Source of the DNA: an uncultured Candidatus Rokubacteria bacterium
GTDB lineage: Bacteria > Methylomirabilota > Methylomirabilia > Rokubacteriales > CSP1-6
NCBI GenBank assembly: GCA_963758635.1
Contig: CAVWWD010000005.1
Coordinates: 352,001-416,000 of the forward strand
Length of the DNA stretch: 64,000 nt
Reading direction: 5' to 3'
Positions 25,074 through 35,143 of the stretch are shown piece after piece. The notes beneath the pieces were generated by a model. The model saw only the letters and a program-made list of their open reading frames with translations, was not told where the DNA came from and searched no databases. Every line of letters starts with the position of its first letter. Positions within the stretch are counted from its first letter, which is position 1. Position numbers and translations under genes: made by a program.

Positions 25074-27613
25074 TCCTCGGGCGGGCGAGCCAGCGCCACA
25101 TCGCGCGCCATCCGTGGCAGTTCGCCCTGGCCGTGCTGGGCATCGCGCTCGGCGTGGCGGTGACCGTGGCCATCGACCTCGCCAACGGCAGCGCCCGTCG
25201 CGCCTTCGAGCTCGCCACGGAGGCAGTCACCGGACGCGCCACCGACCAGATCGTTGGCGGCCCGTCGGGCGTGGCCGATGCCGTGTACGTGGACCTGCGC
25301 CTCCGGCTTCAGGTGCGCCTCGCCGCGCCGGTCGTGTCGAGCAACGTCACGGCGCCCGGGCGGCCCGGCGTGGTGCTGCACCTGCTGGGCGTCGATCCGA
25401 TCGCCGAGACGCCATTCCGCCCGTACCTGGAGCGCGGGGGCGGAGGCACGCCGCTCACCGCCCTCGGCGAAGTGCTCACCACGCCCGGCGCGGCGCTGAT
25501 GACCCGCGCGATGGGCGCGCGGCTCGGTCTCACCCTGGGCGACCGCCTGCCGATCCGCGTCGCCGGCGCCACGCGCGCCCTGCTCGTCGCGGGATGGATC
25601 GACCCGGAGGACGCGCTCTCGGCCCGCGCGCTCGAGCACGTCGTCGTCGTGGACGTGGCATCGGCCCAGGAGCTCTCGGGCACGCCAGGACGGCTGACCC
25701 GCATCGACCTCCTCCTGCCCGCCGGGCCGGCCGGCGAGGCGCTTCGCGCGCGGATCGCCGCCCGGCTGCCCGCGGGCGTGGAGATCACGCCGGCGGGCGC
25801 CCGCGCCGACTCGGCGGCGCGGCTCACGCGCGCCTTCTCCCTCAATCTCGCCGCGCTGTCGCTCCTCGCCCTCGTCGTGGGCATGTTCCTCGTGTACAAC
25901 ACGATGACGTTCTCGGTCGTCCAGCGTCGCGCCCTCATCGGCACTCTCCGGGCGCTGGGCGTCACGCGCGCCGAGGTGTTCCGGCTGGTGGGCGCCGAGG
26001 CGCTGGTCGTCGGGCTGATCGGCACGGGGCTGGGCATGGTCCTGGGCCTGGCGCTCGCGCACACGCTGCTCGCGCTGGTGAGCCGCACCATCAACGACCT
26101 CTACTTCGTGCTCGCCGTCCGCGAGGTGTCGGTCACCGCCGCCGACCTCGCGCGCGGCGCCGCCCTCGGCATCGGCGCCACCGTGCTCGCCGCGCTCGCG
26201 CCCGCGCTCGAGGCCACGGGCGCACGGCCGCGCGCCGCGCTCCTCCGCTCCACGCTCGAGGCTCGCGCCCGCCGCGCCGTGCCGTGGGTGGCGGCGGCCG
26301 GCGTCGTCGTGCTCGCGCTCGGCGCGGCGGTCATGGCGGCGCCCACGGGGACGGCGGCGAGCCTCGGCGGGCTCTTCGCCGTGGTCCTGGGCTGCGCCCT
26401 CCTCACCCCGGCGGCGCTCCTGGTCCTGCTGCGCCCGATCGCCCTCGCCGCGGAGGCCAGCCTCGGCATCCTCGGCCGGCTCGCCACGCGCGGCATCGCC
26501 GCCGCGCTCAGCCGCACCGCGGTGGCCATCGCCGCGCTGATGGTCGCCGTGGCCGCCACCGTCGGGGTCGGCCTGATGATCGCGAGCTTCCGCGAGGCGG
26601 TGGCGCGCTGGCTCGAGGGCACCCTCCGCGCCAACGTCTACGTCTCTCCCCCGAGCCTGATCGGCAACCGGAGCGACGCGACGCTGCCGCCGGCGGTCCT
26701 CGATCGCCTGGTCCGCACCCCGGGCGTGGCCGGCGCCAGCACCACGCGCGCCGTGGTCGCGCCGAGCCCTCGCGGCCCGGTGAACGTCCTCGCCCTCGGC
26801 CTCGCCTCGGGTCGCCGGCCCGGCTTCCGGTTCCGCGACGCGCCCGCCGCGTCGGTGTGGGGCGCGTTCGACGCCGGCGACGTGGTCGTCTCCGAGCCCT
26901 TCGCCAACCGCCACGGGATCCGCGCCGGCGACACCGTGCGCCTCCGCACCGACCGAGGCGAGGAGGACTTCCGCGTGGCCGGCGTCTTCTACGACTACGG
27001 CTCGCCGGCCGGCGTGGTCGCCATGGCCCGCGCCACGTTCGAGCGGCACTGGGAGGACCGCGCCGTGTCCGGTCTCGCCCTCGAGGCCGCGCCCGGCCAG
27101 GACGTGCCCGCGCTCGTGGAGGCGCTGCGACGGGCCGCGGGCGGCGAGGAGCTCCTGATCCGCTCCAATCGCGGCCTGCGCGAGGCGTCGATGGCGATCT
27201 TCGATCGGACCTTCGCGATCACCTCGGTGCTCCGCCTGGCCATCGTCGCCGTGGCCTTCCTCGGCGTGGTGAGCGCGCTGATGGCGCTCGAGCTCGACCG
27301 GACGCGCGAGATGGCGACGCTGCGCGCCCTCGGCTGCGCGCCCGCGCAGGTCTGGCGGATCGTGACGGGCGAGACCGCGCTCATGGGCGCGCTCGCGGGG
27401 CTCCTCGCGCTGCCCGTGGGCATCGGGCTCGCCGCCGCCCTCATCCACGTCGTGAACCGCCGGTCCTTCGGCTGGACCATGCCGCTCGACCTCTCGCCGC
27501 GCGTGCTCCTCGAGGGCCTGGGCATCGCGGTGGCCGCCGCCGTGCTCGCCGGCCTCTACCCCGCGTGGCGCATGGCGAGCGCGCCCGCCGCCGAGGCGCT
27601 CCGCGATGAGTAG
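25070..27613 (+). CDS. FtsX/MacB-like duplicated ABC permease (AttF/G-like)
   Basis: Two periplasmic + FtsX repeats; [33 protein letters not shown]. Confidence 0.9.
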   Translation: MILGRASQRHIARHPWQFALAVLGIALGVAVTVAIDLANGSARRAFELATEAVTGRATDQIVGGPSGVADAVYVDLRLRLQVRLAAPVVSSNVTAPGRPGVVLHLLGVDPIAETPFRPYLERGGGGTPLTALGEVLTTPGAALMTRAMGARLGLTLGDRLPIRVAGATRALLVAGWIDPEDALSARALEHVVVVDVASAQELSGTPGRLTRIDLLLPAGPAGEALRARIAARLPAGVEITPAGARADSAARLTRAFSLNLAALSLLALVVGMFLVYNTMTFSVVQRRALIGTLRALGVTRAEVFRLVGAEALVVGLIGTGLGMVLGLALAHTLLALVSRTINDLYFVLAVREVSVTAADLARGAALGIGATVLAALAPALEATGARPRAALLRSTLEARARRAVPWVAAAGVVVLALGAAVMAAPTGTAASLGGLFAVVLGCALLTPAALLVLLRPIALAAEASLGILGRLATRGIAAALSRTAVAIAALMVAVAATVGVGLMIASFREAVARWLEGTLRANVYVSPPSLIGNRSDATLPPAVLDRLVRTPGVAGASTTRAVVAPSPRGPVNVLALGLASGRRPGFRFRDAPAASVWGAFDAGDVVVSEPFANRHGIRAGDTVRLRTDRGEEDFRVAGVFYDYGSPAGVVAMARATFERHWEDRAVSGLALEAAPGQDVPALVEALRRAAGGEELLIRSNRGLREASMAIFDRTFAITSVLRLAIVAVAFLGVVSALMALELDRTREMATLRALGCAPAQVWRIVTGETALMGALAGLLALPVGIGLAAALIHVVNRRSFGWTMPLDLSPRVLLEGLGIAVAAAVLAGLYPAWRMASAPAAEALRDE

Positions 27614-28823
27614 CCGGCGCGCCGCCGCGCTCGCCGCGACCGTCGTCGCCATCGGCCTCATCGCCTTTCTCGCGCTGTCCGGCCCACCGACGCGCGCGCC
27701 GCGCGGAGGGATCCGCGCGAGCGTCTCGGTGGTCGAGGCCCTCGGCGCGGTCCCCGCGGGGTACGCGCGCGCCGAGGGCCCCCGCGAGTTCGCCTTCCCC
27801 GCGGACCACGGCCCGCATCCCGCGTTCCGCACCGAGTGGTGGTACTACACCGGCCATCTCCGGGCGCGCGATGGTCGGGAGTTCGGCTTCCAGCTCACCT
27901 TCTTCCGGACGGCGCTGACGCCCGCGCCGGCGCGGCGGGAATCGCCGTGGGCCGCGCACCAGCTCTACATGGCCCACTTCGCCCTCACCGACGTGCGCGG
28001 CGGCCGCTTCCTCGCCTTCGGCCGCTCCGGACGCGGCGCGCTCGGCCTGGCCGGCGCCCGCGCCGAGCCATTCCGGGTGTGGGTCGACGACTGGGCAGCC
28101 GAGGGCGAGCCGGGCCGCCCGCTGGCCACCGGTGACGCTCGCCTCGCCTCCGGCTCGGCTCGCACGGCAATGCGCCTGCGCGCCGCCGAGGCGGACGCCG
28201 GGATCGACCTCGCGCTGGACGCCACCCGGCCACCCGCATTCCCCGGCGAGCGGGGCTGGAGCCGCAAGGGGCCGGAGCCCGGCAACGCGTCGTTCTACTA
28301 CTCCCTCACCCGGTTGTCCGCGCGCGGCACCGTGCAGGCCGGCGCGGAGCGCGTGGAGGTCGAGGGGCAGGCGTGGATGGACCGGGAGTGGAGCTCGAAC
28401 GCGCTCGCCGCCGACCTCGTCGGCTGGGACTGGTTCGCGCTGCAGCTCGACGACGGCCGCGACCTGATGCTCTACCGGCTCCGGCGGCCCGACGGATCGG
28501 CGAGCCCGTGGAGCGGCGGGATCCTCGTCGACCCGGACGGACGCACGTCCACCCTCGGCGCCCAGGACGTCGTGGTCGACGTGACGCGCGCGTGGACCAG
28601 CCCGCGGTCCGGCGTCCGCTATCCCGCGGGGTGGCGGCTCCGCTGGGCGCCCGCCGATCTCACGCTGGATCTGACGCCGCGGGTCCCGGATCAAGAGCTG
28701 GACGTGGGCGTCCGCTACTGGGAGGGCGCGGTCACCGTGGCCGGCCGCCAGGCCGGCCGCGCGATCGCCGGCCTCGGCTACGTCGAGCTGGTCGGCTACG
28801 GCGAGCGGCGCCCGCGGCCCTGA
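27606..28823 (+). CDS. Lipocalin-like AttH/CrtC-family secreted protein
   Basis: FPADHGPHPAFRTEWWYYTG, FGFQLTFFR, SFYYS, AWMDREWSS, GWDWFALQLDDG, YWEG. Confidence 0.9.
   Translation: MSSRRAAALAATVVAIGLIAFLALSGPPTRAPRGGIRASVSVVEALGAVPAGYARAEGPREFAFPADHGPHPAFRTEWWYYTGHLRARDGREFGFQLTFFRTALTPAPARRESPWAAHQLYMAHFALTDVRGGRFLAFGRSGRGALGLAGARAEPFRVWVDDWAAEGEPGRPLATGDARLASGSARTAMRLRAAEADAGIDLALDATRPPAFPGERGWSRKGPEPGNASFYYSLTRLSARGTVQAGAERVEVEGQAWMDREWSSNALAADLVGWDWFALQLDDGRDLMLYRLRRPDGSASPWSGGILVDPDGRTSTLGAQDVVVDVTRAWTSPRSGVRYPAGWRLRWAPADLTLDLTPRVPDQELDVGVRYWEGAVTVAGRQAGRAIAGLGYVELVGYGERRPRP
28136..28163 (+). repeat. Family A half-repeat located inside the attH-like CDS
   Basis: CGCTCGCCTCGCCTCCGGCTCGGCTCGC, 1 mismatch to 15338-15365. 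Confidence 0.75.
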
Positions 28824-28924
28824 CGGCCACGCGCGAACGTGGGGCGCTAGGAGCCTCGCAGAATACGGTAACCGCCACGGGCCTCTACAATCCTACCGCT
28901 CGGCAATCGTCTGATGCGCGGGGC

Positions 28925-29662
28925 TCATGAGGGAGCGCTTCCCTGGGCCGCGCGGCTCTGCCACGCCACGTGCCCGACGAAGAACGGCCCGAGGCGCTCG
29001 ATGTACTGCAACGTCTGGGTCGTCGCGCGCATGGCGTGGACGATGTGGGACAGCGGCTGCAGCTCCCGGCCGACCAGCCCGATCACGAAGTCGTTGTCGT
29101 GCTGATCGAGCCCGTGGCAGGCCAGCCGCACGTCGTGCGCGAGGTCCGCCTCGCCGTACGCCCGACCGATGGCCCCGTGCTCGCGCAGGATCGTCCCCTG
29201 CTCCGCCGCGGTCAGCCGCGCGAAGGTGCCCGAGCGGCGCAACGGATACCAGATCCCCCACGGCCACGCGGCGTTCAGCACGGTGCGGCGCGGCCGGTGG
29301 AGGAGCCAGTCGTCGAGGTCCGGCTCGTGCCCCGAGGCATACGTGCGCCCGAGCATGGTGAGCTCTGGCCGGTGGGTGAGCGCGGCGAACGGCTCAGCGT
29401 TGAGCAGCTCGCGGAGGCCGGAGAACAACGCGGCCGCGTCCGCGCCGAAAGCGAGCACGGCCACGCCGCGCGGGTCGTTCACGTCGGCGTAGAGGACGGC
29501 CTCGACCCCGCTCGCCTCTATCGCCGCCGCGAGCGGCTTCGGGTCGGGCGCGCCGGTGAAGGCCTGGAGCTGCATGTAGAGGCGGCGCGTCGAGGTCTTG
29601 CCTCCGGCGCCCCGCTCGCTCACGTCCACCTTCGGCGCGTCGCTTTCCGCAGGCGTGCTCAT
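28925..29662 (-). CDS. Chlorite dismutase / coproheme decarboxylase (Cld/ChdC) family heme protein
   Basis: WYPLRRSGTFARL..EQGTILREHGAIGRAY, GLDQHDNDFVIG, LGPFFVG. Confidence 0.85.
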   Translation of the reverse strand: MSTPAESDAPKVDVSERGAGGKTSTRRLYMQLQAFTGAPDPKPLAAAIEASGVEAVLYADVNDPRGVAVLAFGADAAALFSGLRELLNAEPFAALTHRPELTMLGRTYASGHEPDLDDWLLHRPRRTVLNAAWPWGIWYPLRRSGTFARLTAAEQGTILREHGAIGRAYGEADLAHDVRLACHGLDQHDNDFVIGLVGRELQPLSHIVHAMRATTQTLQYIERLGPFFVGHVAWQSRAAQGSAPS

Positions 29663-29680
29663 GGCGGCAAGGCTATCACG

Positions 29681-29714
29681 AGGTGCGGGCGCCCGGGCTT
29701 TGCCCGCCCGCACC
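29681..29714. repeat. REP-like palindrome family B (inverted copy)
   Basis: AGGTGCGGGCGCCCGGGCTTTGCCCGCCCGCACC is approximately the reverse complement of 22577-22611. Confidence 0.8.
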
Positions 29715-29771
29715 CTGCGGCCACAGAGGTCTGAGGACGAGGCCCGTTGCTGGTGCAAGCCCGTCCGTGTC

Positions 29772-30959
29772 CTAGCGGCGGGCGGTGTGGAGGCAGCCGC
29801 GGAGCGCGTCGGCGAGGCTGGCCACGTCGGGCTCGTTCACGAGCGTGGCGCCCTCGCACGCAATCTCGTGGACGCTCAGCCCGCCGCGGGCCAGGGCGGC
29901 CCAGCCGAGGTCCGAGGTGCCGTGGTGGCGCCCGTCGTGTCGCCGCCCCGGCACCAGGAGCGTGACCCGCCCCGGATACGGACGCGGCGCGTAGCGGGCG
30001 ATGGCTGCCTCGTGCCCGGCGGCGATGGCGCGCAGCTCGCGCTCGGCCGGCGAGTCGCCCGGCGCCGGCTCGCTCGGCGCGCGCGGCGGCGCCGCCAGAC
30101 GCTCGTGGGCCCGCCCCGCCGCGTAGGCCGCGCGCGTGAGGACGAAGCCGGCCCGGTGCTCGCGCGGCGCGTGCGCGATCGTGTCCAGCTCGACCACGAC
30201 CCGCCGGGCCGCGCGCTGCGCCCGCGCGAGCAGGCCGCGGGCCGCGTCCGGGCGCTCCGCCTCGACGAGGGCCAGGAGCGCCACCTGCTGGCCCGTGGCG
30301 TGGAGCTGGCAGGCGATCTCGTAGGCGAGAATGCCGCCGAAGCAGTAGCCCGCGACGTGGTATGGCCCCGCGGGCTGGAGCCCGCGGATCGCCTCGACGT
30401 AGCGCCCCGCGATGTCCTCGATGCGGTCCAGCCGAGAGCGGAGGTGGCTCGCCTCCGGCCGGAGCCCATAGACGGGCTGCTCCGTCCCCAGGCGCCGGGC
30501 CAGGGCCTGATAGCAGAAGATCTGCCCGCTGTGCTGGTGGACGCAGAAGAGCGGTAGGGAGGCGCCCGCGGGCTGGATGGGGACCAGCGCCGACGGGATC
30601 TCACGCGGCTGCCTCAGGAGGTTCGCAAGCGCCTCCACGTTCGGCGCCTGCAGGATCGTGGTCAGGGGCAGCTCGCGGCCGAAGGTCCGCCAGACGCCGG
30701 CGAACAGCCGCACGGCCAGGAGCGAATGCCCGCCCAGGTCGAAGAAGTTGTCACGGATGCCCACCGGCCGGACGGCGAGCGCTTCCTCCCAGATCGCGGC
30801 GAGCTTGGACTCGACCTCGTCGCGGGGCGCCGTCGCGGCCTGCCGGCCGGGCGGCGGCGCCGGCAGGGCGCCCCCGCCGGGCGGGCGCTCGGCGAGGAGG
30901 GCACGGACCAGCGCCCGCCGGTCGGACGACCAGCCGAGCACGCCGTTGACGCCGCTCAC
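29772..30959 (-). CDS. Stand-alone PCP + thioesterase-fold didomain protein with N-terminal docking-like helix
   Basis: APRDEVESKLAAIWEEAL...DNFFDLGGHSLLAVRL (intact Ppant Ser); PLFCVH, GPYHVAGYCFGGILAYEIA; GTGA overlap with the upstream stop. Confidence 0.9.
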   Translation of the reverse strand: MSGVNGVLGWSSDRRALVRALLAERPPGGGALPAPPPGRQAATAPRDEVESKLAAIWEEALAVRPVGIRDNFFDLGGHSLLAVRLFAGVWRTFGRELPLTTILQAPNVEALANLLRQPREIPSALVPIQPAGASLPLFCVHQHSGQIFCYQALARRLGTEQPVYGLRPEASHLRSRLDRIEDIAGRYVEAIRGLQPAGPYHVAGYCFGGILAYEIACQLHATGQQVALLALVEAERPDAARGLLARAQRAARRVVVELDTIAHAPREHRAGFVLTRAAYAAGRAHERLAAPPRAPSEPAPGDSPAERELRAIAAGHEAAIARYAPRPYPGRVTLLVPGRRHDGRHHGTSDLGWAALARGGLSVHEIACEGATLVNEPDVASLADALRGCLHTARR

Positions 30960-33900
30960 ACGCTCACCGCCAGCGGGTGGCCGTCCGCGCGCCACGCGCG
31001 GGCCAGGTCCACCATGTCCGGCCACCAGCAGAGGAGCTCGCCGAACTGCCGCACCAGCTCGCGCGAGAGGGCCCGTGCGTCCTCGGGAGAGCGGCCGTCC
31101 AGGAGGTCCAGGGGCGTCAGGTAGTCGGGCCGGGTCAGGGCCTGCGCGAGGAGGTCGAGATAGCGCCGTACGTCGTCGGCCCAGAACGCGGGCTCGCTCT
31201 CGTGGGCGTCGAGCGCGGCCTCGGCGGCGGCGGCGAAGCCGCGGGTCGCCCGCACGTGCTGCTCGAGCACGTAGTGCTCGAAATCCGCGAGACGCAGCTC
31301 GCCGATCTCGCGCAGGTGGCCGCCCAGGGCGCGCTGCCGCTGCCGCTCGTCGCCCGCCACGCGGGCGCCGTCCCACCCGTGCAGGCAGGCGAGAATCAGC
31401 TTGCCGCTGTCGAACCCGCTGGCGGAGCGGAAGATCTCCCCGGGCCAGAAGCGGCGCATTTCGGCGGGCGCGTGCAGCAGCGTCCACGGCAGGTGGCCGA
31501 TGAAGCTCCCGGGCACGCACATCCACACCATGCTCGTGAAGATCACGTCGTGGGCGCGGCCCAGAGGCACGCGCGGCGGCAGGACCACGCGGTTGTCCAC
31601 CGCCATGAACGTCGACATCCCGAACGTGTCGTCGGACAGCGTCGGGCGCGGGACGACGCGCGCCATCTCGCGGCTCGCGCACGTCTCGCGATAGGACGCC
31701 TCCGATCCGACGAGCCGCCGGTGGGAGGCGTCCGGCATCAGGAGGTAGCCCATGGGGGCGCGCCAGAACCCGAAGGGCGCGCCCCACGCGCAGTCACCGA
31801 GGAGCCCGTGGAAGGTGGCGCGGACCACGCCCCCGCCGCGCTCGAGCCGCTCGACCACCGCCGAATCGGCGCCGTCCACGTGGAGGTCCGCCACGCCGCG
31901 CGCGATGTCGGCCACCCGGCGCCCGAGGAGCTCCTCGTGGAGCGCGAGCACGTCCCGCGTCTCGCGCGGCGTGTGCGCCTCGGCGGCCGCCCGGTCCGGG
32001 AAGAACCAGTATTCCGAGGGGTCGCGCGAGCCGCACAGCCCGAGCCCCCCGGAGGCGCGCGCAGGATGGGGCGCGACCCGGCACACCGTGTCGTCGTCGG
32101 TCTCGAAGAAAACCTCCCCCGCCGCGTGCAGGAAGAGCGCGTTGGTGTTCCCGCCGATGGTGGGCCCGGGCACGCCCTGTCCGAACGCGAAGCGCGCCAC
32201 GTCCTCGGGCACGCCGCCCTTGTCGACGAGGCGCCGCACGCAGGCGTCCTTCTCGGGCGCTCCCGCGTAGGACACGCGGGCGCCGTAGCGCGTCTTGAGC
32301 GACCGCAGGACGTCCAGGTACTCGGCTCTCGCCCGCGGCGATCGGGAGTCGTCGCTCACCACGAACTCGACCGCGCGCCCGTGGGCGCGGCAGTTGTCCA
32401 TGTAGCTGGCGAGGCCACGGCCGAGCGCCTCCACGCGATCGCAGGTCAGGATGCCGACCGTGGTGATCGGCGGGCCGGCGCCCGCTTCCGACGTTGCGTC
32501 CGCGGCCAGCGCGCGGCGGCAGCGGTCGGCGAGGTCGCGGCGCGCCACGAGCACGCCCGCCGCGGCGGCATCCGCGAGCCGGCTCTCGATCGCCGCCGGA
32601 TCGCCCCCGGACAGGCGCGCGAGACGACGCGCGTGCGTCTGCAGCGAGCCGAAGTCCGGGCACCGGACCGCGAGATCGGCGGTCGGCACGGGCAGCCTCG
32701 CCCAGCGCCCCCGGCCCGACGACACGACCTCGGTGCCGGCGTGGGCCACGCCGCGCTCGAAACCGAGGCAGCGGTAGAGCTCGGCACGCTCCGGGAGCTC
32801 CGCGGCGGCCGCACGCGAGGCGAGGCCCCGGTCGACGAGGCGCGCCGCGACCTCCTTGTCGGAGAGCCGATCGACCTCCGCCACCAGCGCGGCCACGCGC
32901 TCGAGATCGCGCCCGCCCGCGCGCTCCCGGATCGCTCCGGCGAGTCGCGCGACCGTCGGCACGCCCGCGACCGCCTCCGTGGTCAGCTCCACATCGAGCG
33001 CGTCGGCCAGCCAGCGGGCCACGGCGCGGGACTCGTCCGGGCCCGCACCGAGCCCCGACAGGTCGTCCTCGGGCGCCACGCGCGCGACGCGCAGCTGCCG
33101 GGCCCACGCGGCGCCGAGCAGGTCTTCCAGCGCGCTCGCCGGCCCGGCGGCGGCCGGAACATGCCGTGCCTGCCGCCACCGCTCCACGGCCTGGAGCACG
33201 TGGGAGGCGTCGTGCAGCCCGCTCGCGATGCGCCGGAGCGTGGCGGGCGCCCGACCGGCCGTGGGAGCGCGCTCGGCCGCGGCCTCGTCGGCCGCCTCGG
33301 ACGGGACGGGCTCGCCACGCGCGGGCCGCGCGGCCACGGCCACCTCGGTGGGGATCGCGAAGCGAAGCCCGGCGGTCGTCTCCTCGCGGTACGGTCCGCC
33401 GACCTCGGCGAGGAACGAGAGCGCCGGCTGATTCTTCGCGGTGGGCGAGAACGGGAGGTCGACGACCCGACATCCGGACGCGGCGGCGCGCTCGGCGAGG
33501 TGCGCGAGGACATGATGCTCCACGCCCCGCCCGAGGGCCCGGCAGCTCATGAGCAGGCTGTCCACGACGAACCGCGGGCGCGGCCGGGGAGAAGATCGCC
33601 ACGCCGACGAGCCCGTAGTCGCCGAAGCGGTCGGCGACGCTCACCGTGAGGCACTCGAGGCCCGCGGCGTCGAGCCCCAGCACCTCGCGCTCGGACCGGC
33701 GGATCGTGGTGGTGTTGAACTGGTTGGTGCGCTGCGTGAGCTGCGAGACCCGCGCGGCCTGGGCCGGCGTCATCGCGCCGATGTCCACACGGAGGTCGAG
33801 GCCAGCCAGGAACGTCTCGAACGTCTCGGCGGCATCGCGCAGCCGCGCGCGCGCCGCCTCCTGGCGATAGAGCGTCGTGCGCTGCCGGTCCTCCGCGGTC

Positions 33901-34955
33901 AGCGCGCCACGGTCGAGCGACCACACGCGGTCGAGGAACGCTGGAATCTCCGCGGGCGCGGGCAACGGCAGGACGAGGACCTCCGGACACGCGGCCTCCA
34001 CCTCGGCGCACTGGACGGGGTCGTCGTCGATGAAGACGAAGCTGTCGAGGCCGAGGTTCAGCTCCTCGGCGATCGCGTGGATGTTCTCGGACTTCGGCTT
34101 CCAGTTGACGCGCCAGGACACGAAGTGCTCCCGGCGGAGCCGCATCCCGGGATGCCGATCGAGGACCTCCAGCACGTCGGCCTCGGCGTTCTTGCTGCAG
34201 AGGCACAGGAGCCGTCCCGCCTCGTGCTGGCCGAGCATGAACTCCTGGAGGGCGACGCGGGGGGCGTCCACGTGGACGCCGAGCGCGCCGTCCTCACCGC
34301 ACACCCCGGTCCACAGCGTCTGGTCGCAGTCGAGCACGATGACCTTCGCCGGGCGCGCGAGCGCGCCATGAGCGCGGCGCGCGAGCGCGGTGCCGAGGGC
34401 GGCGAACCCCGCCGGCGTGTAGGGCACGTGTCCGAGCGCGAGCCCCTGGGGATCGTGCATCGCTTCCGCGGCGAGCCCGCGCGCGACCTCGGCCGAGGGC
34501 ACCACCGACACGCCGGCGAGCCCGCGAGCGCCCTCGGCGAACCGGCGCTCGAGGGCGGCGACGTGGGCCGCGCGGGCGGGATCGGCGAGCGCCGCCGGCG
34601 AGGCGGGCGCGAAGCCCACGACCAGGGGCGAGCGCGCTCGCGCCGCAAACCCGGACACGGCGGCCTCGAGCTCGCCGAGCGTCCGGGCCGCCGCGTCCGC
34701 CGCGCTTCCCTGCCCGGCCGCGGCCATCCAGTCCTCGAGGCGCACGAGCACGACGTTGAGGCCGCCCGCGTTCGTGGACAGCAGGCTGGACGGGTTCAGC
34801 AGCTCCTGGAGGACCTGGTTGTAGGCGGCGAACTCCACCCGAACGCCGAGGTCGAGCGCTTCCATCCAGAAGGACAGGGAATCCCCTACGGGCTCCGCCG
34901 TGAACGTCGCGGCGACGGCAACAATTGGCGCGGACCGGGTCGATTTGTCGCTCAT
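30956..34955 (-). CDS. FkbH-like glyceryl transferase/phosphatase fused to a degenerate carrier domain and a GT-A-like domain (about 1330 aa; one frameshift near 33575)
   Basis: AATFTAEP, VLDCDQTLW, CSKN, FIDDD, QRTNQFN, DRFGDYG, LMSCRALGRGVE; carrier-like segment about 33135-32925; GT-like ILTCDR, FVVSDDS, ETDDD; AAGGA RBS. Confidence 0.85.
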
Positions 34956-34998
34956 GTCCTTACTGCGACTGCGTGAGCTGGGAGTCGCGGAGTTTCTG

Positions 34999-35015
34999 AG
35001 CAATCCACACGCCAA
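34999..35015 (-). promoter_or_regulatory. Putative sigma54 (-24/-12) promoter
   Basis: TTGGCGTG-TGGA-TTGCT, exact GG-N10-GC spacing, about 45 bp upstream of the ATG at 34955. Confidence 0.65.
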
Positions 35016-35106
35016 CCACGAAACCGCATGGGGCAGGCACTTACAGCGCGCGCCAGTTACGGCTCTGCAGTTTTTTGGGCACCTACATACACATCCCGCA
35101 GTCTCC

Positions 35107-35143
35107 CCGGAAGGGGCGTGCAGAAGGTGCGCGGCCCTTCCGG
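35107..35143 (-). terminator. Hairpin downstream of moaA
   Basis: CCGGAAGGG...CCCTTCCGG inverted repeat 13 bp past the moaA stop; no U-tract. Confidence 0.45.

Noticed and set aside
28886..28891. Orphan TACAAT on the + strand pointing antisense into cld
   Set aside because: No -35 element and no credible downstream ORF; a single hexamer is insufficient evidence.
28925..29662. Evidence of perchlorate/chlorite respiration from the Cld-family gene
   Set aside because: No signal peptide or pcr genes; the family includes coproheme decarboxylases, and function cannot be assigned by eye.
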